A stretch of 64,000 nucleotides of DNA from Carpediemonas membranifera BICM. Its lineage: Eukaryota > Protista > Fornicata. How positions within the stretch are numbered: position 1 is the first letter of the stretch; each line of letters starts with the position of its first letter. Positions 29,135 through 37,857 of this stretch are shown one piece after another. The position numbers and the translations under genes were made by a program. The DNA is taken from assembly GCA_019828565.1 (NCBI GenBank), contig JAHDYR010000053.1, forward strand, positions 716,172 through 780,171. The letters run 5' to 3'. The notes under the pieces are model-generated. The model did not search any database and was not told where the DNA came from. It worked only from the letters and a program-made list of their open reading frames with translations.

Positions 29135-31033
29135 ATGCCTTCAAAGATATACACGGTGAAGGCTTCCGTTAACAAGGCCATTGGCGAGATTAACGGCGGA
29201 GGCGATAACAACGCGCCGCGGCGAGGAAATCTTGAACCCGGCATGCGTTCTTTCACGCAGGCTAAGTACACATTCACTTGCCTGCTTGCGTGCGTCTCTG
29301 CATCTGCGCACGCGTTGACCCCACCGAGGACGGTCAACCTGTTCGACCAGGAGGTCCTCAAGCAGATCGTCAGCATTGCTCAGCAAAAGGTGTCGAAGGC
29401 AAAGGCAGCGGATCGGTGCAGGTGGATTGGCGACCTGGCGATGTGGAGGGACCCTGACATAACCCCACTCGTCCGGGACTTCAGGGAAGCCTACGTTGGA
29501 ATTGCAGCGCCATTTCAGAGCTGGTTGGGCGAGTACTCTACAGCCACCCGGGTCTGGCTCTCGCGCGCGTCACCCGGGTACCTGACCCGTCTTCGTGCTG
29601 GATTAGAACGGGTGCGTCCGCTCCTCCATGATCAGCCGGGTGTTCGACAGGATTTTCTCGACACCCTAGGCGAGCTCGACACTGAGGTTGCCGCAATATC
29701 CGCCGATCATGGCAGATATCATCCTTAAATGCATGCATTGCCCGAGGGGCAACGGGTGGGTCGCACTGATACCGTGGCCGAGGCCCTCGTCGGCGTGCTG
29801 TCGTGCGTCACGCGCATGAGTGCTGCAGTGACCAAGCTGGTCACACTCACTCGTGCCGTGAACCTCGAGCTCAGTCAGGCCCTGCCAGAGCCGAAGCTCA
29901 TTCCGTTCGTGCCGATGGCACCGGTCAGGCCTGGGTTCATGACCCTCGAGCGCGGAGTAACAGCGCTCACCCCAGCGATGAAGAGGCGCCTGCGTGTGCA
30001 CGTGAATTGGTCAGCAACCAAGAATTTGACCGACGAGCAGGTGGCTGAATACGAGCGTGATCACGGCGACATCACCAAGCTCCGCAGAGTGCTCTCTGTG
30101 AAGACAGACGGGGTCTCTGTTGCTGTGACGGTTTGGGTGGGTCGCGAGAAATACCGTGGCGGTCGGGTGGCTGACCGGCCCACGTACAAAAAGGGTAGCA
30201 ATAACAAGCGGGCTCGGCTCGGTCAGGATGACGCCGAGGCTACTCCTGCCCCGGACATTCAAGCTCTCATGGGCTTCGACCCTGGTGCTCGGTCGCTGGG
30301 CGGCTACACGATCCGCCGCCCAGACGGGCAGAGTGTATCTGGCGTTCTCGCTAAGTGTGGCTACACTGCCACCCTCTCTTTCCGCATGAATATGAGCGCA
30401 GCATCGTTCAAAACGACAAGTCTAGAGGCTCTCAAACAGTCGATTAGGTTTGTCCATGAGAACATCGTTCAGATCATCAACGAGGGGACGAGAAAGTGTT
30501 TCCGCCGTGCGAGTTTTGCCAATCACTGTCTGCGCCTGAAGCACTTCGCCCGGGCTGGACGTCAACTCCTGGATGATCTCGGCGGGCGCCCCCCGGAGCC
30601 CAATCACCTCGAAGTCGCGTATGGGGCTGCACTGTTCGGTTCCGCCGGCACTCCCTCCTGTGCTCCGTACCGACACTTTGCTCAAGCTCTTCCTGGCATC
30701 ATGCTCCGGCACAACGTCGTCGTGAGTGTCGACATGGTCTCGGAATTCCGCACTTCCATCGTGTGCCCATACTGCAAAGCACACTTCCGACGTGTGGTGC
30801 ACACACACCGCACCATGCTCTGCCAGAATCCCGCGTGCGAGGGAGCTCCATGGCGCGTTGAACGGCTACGTCGGCATCCCGAGCAGAGAGACATACATCT
30901 CAATCTCTCTCACCGAGATAAGAGCGCCAGCGAGAACATCCTTTGGTGCACCTTCGATGCAACTTCAGATCAGATAGAGCAATCTCCTTTCCACCACGAC
31001 TCCCAGAGAGGTGCTCTTCCTCGCTATCATTAA
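29135..31033 (+). CDS. Fanzor (eukaryotic TnpB-like RNA-guided RuvC endonuclease), Fanzor1-like; one in-frame TAA at 29726-29728
   Basis: N-terminal YTVKASVN, TDGVSV, RuvC-I GFDPG, VAYGAALF, RuvC-II SEFRTS, zinc finger CPYC...CQNPAC, RuvC-III HRDKSASENI. The two ORFs are contiguous in one frame. Confidence 0.88.
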
Positions 31034-31170
31034 CTTGCTAAGTTGAGCAAGCACGCGCTGCAGCGCGCGTGATATGCAGCGCACGATTGATAGAGTATGA
31101 TGAACCACACTGCGATCCTGATGCTGCTTGGATCACTGTGTGTTTTGGACTCAAGTATTCTTATCCTGCG
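31034..31170 (+). ncRNA. Putative Fanzor omegaRNA scaffold and guide
   Basis: Consecutive hairpins after the stop (cttgct/agcaag; cacgcgc..gcgcgtg; cacac..gatcc/ggatc..gtgtg), in the position typical of TnpB/Fanzor omegaRNA. Boundaries inferred. Confidence 0.55.
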
Positions 31171-31186
31171 TGGCACACTTTCTCCA
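31144..31186 (+). repeat. Right copy of the 43-bp direct repeat flanking the Fanzor locus
   Basis: tttggactcaagtattcttatcctgcgtggcacactttctcca. Ends 14 bp before the TAF7 ATG. Confidence 0.9.
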
Positions 31187-31199
31187 GTTCTGTTAGACT

Positions 31200-31938
31200 A
31201 TGGATGTACCGAATCAGCGAACGCAGCTGCATGATCAAGTTATTCTCCGTTTACCCGAAAAACTGGCTCAAACTATGTCAGAAGCTCTGAAAGACTCTTT
31301 TTCCCCTTTTCCCGACTATCAGCTTGAGTTCAATGCATATGATGGTTTGTATCCGTTTTTAATCTCCTAATACTGAGCGTAAGGGTGTTTTTAGGTACAA
31401 GCGCCGTGAGTATCCCTTTGTCGTGCAAGACCTCCCGTGTGTCGTCGAGAGCTTCAAGACAGTGGACGGTGAACACCTCTACAAGACCGGTGACGTCGGC
31501 ATGGTCATCGTTGTGTCCGATCCTCGCGATGAGAAGTCAATTCCGGCCAAAGGCACGATGTGTCCGTCCGGCCTCACTTCTGGCGCTCAGAACATCGCTG
31601 AGAAGCACTTCGTGGAGGCGATACTGCCCGAGTCGTTTGGAGAGCTCCCCCCTAGTGCCGATGACTACATTTATGAATTCAAGCTCGAAGATGTGAAGGA
31701 GGAGGGTGCGGCCACCTCCAAGCGCATTAGTAGGACGACGTCGAGCTTCAAACTGCACGACGATACGCTGCTACAGGAGGAGCTGCAGAAGATAGAGGAC
31801 AAGCTGCGTGAGAACGAGTTTGACCGCCACCAGTTCCAGGACAACCCAGTAACCCTGGACAAGCTCAAGGCGCAGCACTCCCAATTGCTGCGACAGAGGG
31901 CGGAGATCCAGCAGCAGATAGACAGTATGACTGTATGA
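31200..31938 (+). CDS. TAF7: TFIID subunit TAF7 (one short intron around 31345-31395, boundaries unresolved)
   Basis: HDQVILRLP, then DLPCVVESFKTVDGEHLYKTGDVG and SGLTSGAQNIAEKHF, matching the TAFII55 N-terminal domain. Confidence 0.85.
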
Positions 31939-32015
31939 GGGTGCGATGGTGTCTTCTCACTGAGTGATTTATCGTGGCTTGTCGTAAATTCGTATACGCG
32001 TAATTGCCAGTCTCG

Positions 32016-33293
32016 ATGAAGACCAGAAGAGTTCCCTTCCGCAACTGGGAGGAATGGGATCTCGTTATAGCGGCTTTTACTAGGGAGGAGAGCCTTTTGT
32101 CGATGGACGATGCCATGACGTTTCTCGAGTCCTGGGTTCGGCGAGGAACGTGCCCATTAGCCATTGAGATCTTTGCCCGCATCACATACACCTTAGCTAG
32201 TGCTGTTATGAATCAACAGGTCATGCTGGATGTTCGCGATGCAGCATTAGGTCTCTATATCATTCGTTTCGTCAACGGTGTGACTGAGCCGCTCCAGAAG
32301 GCTCAATACGCGCGGTCTCTGGCTAAGATCGCCCGCGATGTCGGACTATCCAGTTCTCTGGTTGACAGCCGCAATTCCCTGACCCATCGTGCCATGCCAA
32401 CGCATGAGGAGGTCGCCAAAGCCGCCGCCGAGATCCGCGAGTATATTCACGCAGAGTACCTCTGTGACCAATACACGGAGCTCCAGTGCACTACCAGGGA
32501 CGTATGTGCGATGCTCCAGTCCGGGTCGAACACCCCAGCCGACCGGCAGACCAAGGAGGGGCAGAAGAGGAGCCGGGGACTCGTCACGGCGGCTGATGTA
32601 GTCTCTGTGCTCGTCCCATATTCCCCAGCGTCAGAGAAGCAGGATATGGTCGACTCCAACACTGTCCCCCCCGATAGCTTCGAGGTTGCTGTGCTTGGCC
32701 TCGGAATCGATGCGGCGGGGCCAGCTGGGTTTACCGTGGGCGCAGTGAGGGGGTGGCTGTGGGATGAGGATACGTTGGGACAGGCTGACGAAAGTCTGGT
32801 TGCTAGTGGTGACTGTGATCTCTTTTCAACTCAGCTGTTGGTTACTTTAGTGTCGAAGACCATTGATGGAATCATATCAATTGATATGTGTGAATCCTGG
32901 CTAGATATGATCATGCCCGATGGCCAGTACAACACTGTACTTTCCTCGATGCCGATCGACGCATGGAGGCACATCCCCGAAACTACCCGTGTTGCCATCG
33001 GGCAGGAGAGCAGCGGCGCCCTCCAAGGCATCCACGATAGACTCACTGAGGCTTTCGGGGAGCTCGACACCAGTGCCCCCGAGCCCCAGGGCCTCTGGAC
33101 CCAGGCACCCGAGTATGCCGGGCAGACGATGGTGCTGTGGGACGAGTGGGGCTTCCAGGCCGAGTCAGAGAGTCAGTCCGAGTCAGAGGCTGAGTCAGAG
33201 CATGAATCTGAACCCGACTCAAGCCCCCAGTCCGACTCCAGTGACGACGAGTTCCAGTCGATGTGGGCACCGGCCAAGAGAGCTCGCACCTGA
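32016..33293 (+). CDS. LAS1: Las1-like HEPN pre-rRNA processing nuclease
   Basis: VPFRNWEEW, WVRRGTCPLAIE, IIRFVNG, LVDSRNSLTHRAMP (RxxxxH HEPN motif). Confidence 0.88.
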   Translation: MKTRRVPFRNWEEWDLVIAAFTREESLLSMDDAMTFLESWVRRGTCPLAIEIFARITYTLASAVMNQQVMLDVRDAALGLYIIRFVNGVTEPLQKAQYARSLAKIARDVGLSSSLVDSRNSLTHRAMPTHEEVAKAAAEIREYIHAEYLCDQYTELQCTTRDVCAMLQSGSNTPADRQTKEGQKRSRGLVTAADVVSVLVPYSPASEKQDMVDSNTVPPDSFEVAVLGLGIDAAGPAGFTVGAVRGWLWDEDTLGQADESLVASGDCDLFSTQLLVTLVSKTIDGIISIDMCESWLDMIMPDGQYNTVLSSMPIDAWRHIPETTRVAIGQESSGALQGIHDRLTEAFGELDTSAPEPQGLWTQAPEYAGQTMVLWDEWGFQAESESQSESEAESEHESEPDSSPQSDSSDDEFQSMWAPAKRART

Positions 33294-33346
33294 CGGGACC
33301 CGCGGATAATTATGATAAACGGCGCGATTTACGACAGTGGGGACAC

Positions 33347-34235
33347 TCAGCGCTGGGGTGTCGTGAGGAAGCTGCTGAGGAGGCTCTGGCCAGGAGATAG
33401 AGACGTCCGCCTCCCACCGCTGCTCCGCTTTCCCGTGGGGGTCTTCAGCGTGCTCTTCGAGCTAGCCTTTCTCTTCCCTGCCCCCTTGCCTGCACGATCT
33501 GGTGTGACGCTCAGAGACTTCTTTTTGGGGGCGGAGAAGATGGCATCATACGTGAGGTCCACATCGGCCAGCAGGATCTCCGCTGCCCACCTCGGGGTCA
33601 AGTCGCACACGATGGATGCGGCCTGCACCTTCATCCTCTTTTCAATGATGTCTGAGGCACCCGGCGAGGATATAGGAGAGGCAGGCCCCCCGCCGGCCGT
33701 GAGGTGGGTCATCAGGCGATCGTACTTGGCCCGGAGATAGGCCTTGATCTTCACCGCGGACAGCTCGTAGTAGTTATCATCACCAATGGTCTGGACATCG
33801 CATATGCGGTCGATGTTGGGACGAGCAAGTGGGAGCAAGGCAGTGAATGCCTCGGCATGATCCGGCTTAGAACTGAAGTCTGCGGGCACTAATGCGAGGT
33901 CTTTCATGTCCCTATCGAGCCCAAGAGACTCAAACAGCATTGGGAGCACCAGAAGGACGGGGTCAACCTGGGCGGCGAACACAAGAGACTTGTTCTTCTC
34001 AATGTAGTTATCAATAAAGAAGGAGCCACGATCCTGTGTTAGTAAGAGAGATGAACTGGTGTATTCAAACGGGGGATATAGTTTCAAGGCCGTAGACGAT
34101 ATCTCTCATTACCATCACTGCCATCTTGTCAGAGGCGAGCCTAGGATGAGGAACAATCATCAAGCTGGGCTTCTCGGACCTCTCAAACTCGGGTATCATC
34201 ATCACCTGAAGCGATTCGGTGCTATCAGCCACCAT
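33347..34235 (-). CDS. RNASEH2B: RNase H2 subunit B; intron 34034-34070
   Basis: VPHPR, SFFIDNYIE...VDPVLLVLP. A GTTTGA...ACTAACACAG intron joins the exons in phase 0. Confidence 0.8.
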
Positions 34236-34508
34236 CTTGTTCGTTGCGCGCAGTTGTCCAGTCGGGCAAAACCATTTACACGTGTACATACCTCTCAATG
34301 TACCGGTTCTCACCGGTCCAAGTCTGTCCAACGCCGACCAGTCTACATTGTCGGGCAACGCTGGCTTTTGCCAGTGTCGGCTTCAACAACGAGCGGAACG
34401 CCGGCTGGATGCCCATGGTTGTAATCTATGGTACAAGCAAGCGTGTCTACGACGTTCGGCTTGCCTGGTCGCCATTTCGTCAGCCGCATATTTACCTTCA
34501 TGGGAACC

Positions 34509-35292
34509 TCACAAAGTCTCAATGAACGCGTGCTTGGCATCCTCGCCGATAAGGCCAGTGGTCTCCTCGGTGTTGAGGCCGAAGATGCTCTCGACGACGT
34601 TGATCTCAGGGCCAGTCGTGTGCCTGCCGACATAGCCAACCCAGTCATTCACAACAAGGCCGCCGCCAAGGACGTCACTGCCGCGGTTGACAGTACCGTG
34701 GGCGATTGGGATCTGCATGAGGGTGGCAAGCTCGTCCTGTTCCTCGATCGACGTCATGGGGGGCACGAGACCGCCGACATTGGTAAAGGCAGCGCAAGCA
34801 CCGACAAGGGGGTTATTCCCGATAGTCTGGCGGAACACCTCGACGCCAAGGACATCAGCGATGATCTCTTCGGTGGTGGGATCAATCTCAGGGTGGATCA
34901 AGGCAACGTGGTCGTTGCACGCAATGGTGTTGCCAAGGGCAGAGAGGCGATCGTCAACGCGGACTACAGCAATCTCATCGGGAAGGCAGTCACGAAGGTA
35001 CTGGAGCTCCTGGTCGCTGCAAGAGTTGGGCAGGATGAGGCCGTTGCTGTTGCCAACACAAAGGCGGCCAACAATCTTGTTGCCACCAATAGTGGCATGG
35101 ATGACCGGAACGTGATCAGCAAGCTTCTCCTCGAACACAGAGTAGAAGTTCTCAGAGTTCGACTGAGCAACAAGGCAATACTTGTTAGTGAGGCGGGCAA
35201 AAACACCAATATCGTTGCTGCCCTCGAACCTATGGTAAGTTAAGCAATATTTGTACGTACTCAGCACGGAAAACACCAAGAGTGGACGACAT
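34509..35292 (-). CDS. EIF6: Eukaryotic translation initiation factor 6; intron 35230-35260
   Basis: FEGSNDIGVFARLTNKYCLV, LSALGNTIACNDHVALIHP, GTVNRGS. A GTACGT...TTAAC...TAG intron links ATG 35292. Confidence 0.96.
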
Positions 35293-35464
35293 CGCTTTTC
35301 TTGCAGAGCTTGATGCCAAGGCTGCGCGAAATTACATCTCGGCCAAAAATCGTGTTCCGGCTCGGATTAAGCCATGGTACCGGGGCAGCGCAGGTTATAG
35401 CCCTCCGGTGTCGCTTTTTGATTGCGATTCAGAAATTCGCAGCTTAACCAATCCAAAATCCTCC

Positions 35465-36028
35465 ATGGCCACTCCTTCGACGCCTGCACAAAGCAGTGCA
35501 GCGCTAGAACTCAGAACACTTCTAAGTGACTTGCACTTGGTTCACAAGCATCTCTCAAATACTCTGAATCGTTCACGTGGAACAGTACAAGACCTCTCAC
35601 TCAAGCGGACTGATGCTACAACCCCAAGAGTTCCCAGTCATGCGCCGCTCAAGGCTATACATGAGGGAGCTGACGATACGACCGTTCCTGTGAAGAAGGA
35701 GGATCTCGCCACGATGATACACAGTCTCGAGGAAGCATACACCTTCTTCGAGCAGATAGCTGAGCGGCACCAGAACGAGCTCATGACGCAGACAGAATAC
35801 TATCAAGTGGAGAAGGATCGTCTACTCGCAGACGTTGCTACTCTCACGCAAGTCAACAAGCGCGTCACCAATGAGAACAAAAGGCTCAGGGCAGAGGTTA
35901 GTGGAGCGAAACAGGCGATGCGGGACTTCATTGAGACCCAGGACACTCTCATTAGCGACGCCGTGGGGCAAGGTCAGTCGCTGGTTGCTGAAAACGCCAT
36001 GCTGCGCGCTCTACTGAACGACAGCTGA
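35465..36028 (+). CDS. Hypothetical coiled-coil protein
   Basis: ORF from ATG 35465 with a heptad-rich C-terminal half. Confidence 0.55.
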   Translation: MATPSTPAQSSAALELRTLLSDLHLVHKHLSNTLNRSRGTVQDLSLKRTDATTPRVPSHAPLKAIHEGADDTTVPVKKEDLATMIHSLEEAYTFFEQIAERHQNELMTQTEYYQVEKDRLLADVATLTQVNKRVTNENKRLRAEVSGAKQAMRDFIETQDTLISDAVGQGQSLVAENAMLRALLNDS

Positions 36029-36228
36029 GCTTCTTTGTTGTAAATAGCGCCCCTGCCTAGCCAGCTGTGCGTTCTCACCCGGCCACTGTTTCCACCACGT
36101 TGAGATGATGGCGACTGGATCAAACACAGATTGAAGTCCTCATCGTTCCAGCGACCACGCAGCGGCAGGTGGGAGCGTGACCTTCGGTTGAGACCCAGGC
36201 TGCAGTCGGGATATAGAGTCACAACACA

Positions 36229-37381
36229 ATGATCGATCCTTTCTCCTTCATCGTTGTTGTTGTTTGCTCAGCGACAGGTCCGTTGCACATATTGTCTTGT
36301 TTTACATAGCGTTGCTAATTACCTTAAAGCTCATCCCCGTCGTGTCCCAGTGGACGCTCAAGGCCGATCTTTGGGGCTATGACCTGAACAAAGGCCACCC
36401 AAAGGATGGCAGGGAACGCGTGAAGGTTCCAGAAACGATGGGCATCGTCCCCGGCATCACATACCTCCTGTGCCTTATTTTCTTCCAGCTTTTCTTCCCC
36501 GACAGCAAATCCGTGCGTGCCAGCCCAACCTCCTCACCCAGCTTGCCACATGGAACGCTGCTCTCGCGAGCATCGGTTTCACTGTGCTCCTTGGCTTTGT
36601 CGACGATGTCCTTGAGCTCCGCTGGCGGTACAAGCTCATCCTCCCCGCCTTCGCCTCCCTCCCGCTAGTCATGGCCTACAACGTCACCGGAGGCACAACC
36701 AAGGTGGTCTTCCCGTCCTTCATGGCCGACATTGTGGGCTTCTCGACCCTCAACATCGGCCTGCTCCACCTTGTGTACATTGACCTGCTCTCCATCTTCG
36801 CCTCAAACTCTATCAACATCTACGCCGGCATCAACGGCCTCGAGGTCGGCCAGAGCATGATCATCGCCCTGTTCATAGCTGCATACAACATCATCTGCAT
36901 GTTCCAGGGCAGCAACACCGAGGAGTCCGCCTTCATCTCCGACGCAGCCCAGTTCTCTCTGTACGTCGTCATCCCGTTCATATTCGTGTCTGCGGGCCTC
37001 TTCGTCTTCAACCGCTACCCGTCCCGCGTGTTCATCGGCGACACTTATACTTACTTTGCCGGAATGGTCCTTGCAGTTGCCGGAATCCTCGGCCATTTCT
37101 CGAAATCCTTGCTGGTTTTGTTCATCCCGCAGCTTATCAACTTCACGCTCTCCCTGCCCCAGCTCGTCGGAATCGTCCCCTGCCCCCGGCACAGGCTGCC
37201 CCGGTATGACCCGGCCGACGGAAAGCTCCATGCCGTCAAGAACCACCTGACGCTGATCAACTTCGCCCTGAGGCTGACGGGGCCCATGGAGGAGAGGACC
37301 ATCTGCCACGTCCTGCTCGGGTTCCAGGTGGCCTGCTGCTCGGCCGGGCTCGCCTTCATGCTGTGGGCAAAGGGTTTGTAA
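36229..37381 (+). CDS. ALG7: UDP-GlcNAc:dolichyl-phosphate GlcNAc-1-phosphotransferase; introns 36278-36309 and 36513-36541
   Basis: GYDLNK, VPETMG, LGFVDDVLELRWRYKL, NSINIYAGINGLE, FNRYPSRVFIGDTY, PCPRHRLP. Two GT-AG introns restore the frame. Confidence 0.93.
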
Positions 37382-37776
37382 AGTGCAGCTTGTTAGTCTG
37401 TCTACAACGCGAGATGAAACCCCACCTGTCAACCTTTGTCGGGTTGCCTGAGGTTACAGCTGCTGTTTGCCCTTATGTTGGAAGGCATGAAGCTGTCGAA
37501 ATTCAAGCATAACGAACCACATGAAGGAATTAGACCGACACTGGAGCGTTTAATGTCACAAATATGACACATGAAAGCGTCCTTTTGAGGTTTCGAGTAA
37601 GCAGCACAGCGAAACAAGAGTAAAGAATGATATTTCCATGGAGGATAATTAAATATGGCCGTTCTGTTATTAGATGGAAAGAAACGCATCCAGTAAGAAT
37701 GCTTATGGCAACAGTTAAGCAAATAAACGCATATTGGCGGAATTCTCATTGGTTTAAACGATTGTGATAAGAGGTC

Positions 37777-37780
37777 AAAA
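37777..37780 (-). terminator. Putative Pol III terminator (TTTT) of tRNA-His
   Basis: T4 run 1 nt after the CCA on the minus strand. Confidence 0.5.
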
Positions 37781-37781
37781 G

Positions 37782-37857
37782 TGGTGCGACGGCCGAGACT
37801 CGAACTCGGGTCTCGAGAGCCACAATCTCGTGTCCTACCGCCTAGACTACCATCGCC
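37782..37857 (-). tRNA. tRNA-His(GTG) with genomic G-1 and genomic CCA
   Basis: G GCGATGG TA GTCT AGGCGGT AGGAC A CGAGA TT GTG GC TCTCG AGAC CCGAG TTCGAGT CTCGG CCGTCGC A CCA folds as a cloverleaf. Confidence 0.95.

Noticed and set aside
24774-31186. Functional link between TERT and the nearby Fanzor
   Set aside because: Unrelated genes separate them, and no telomeric repeats or shared sequence are visible. Proximity alone is not evidence.
33160-33250. GAGTCA-type short repeats
   Set aside because: They encode the Ser/Glu-rich acidic tail of LAS1.
36470-36545. ALG7 as a frameshifted pseudogene
   Set aside because: A 29-nt GT-AG intron (36513-36541) restores the frame.
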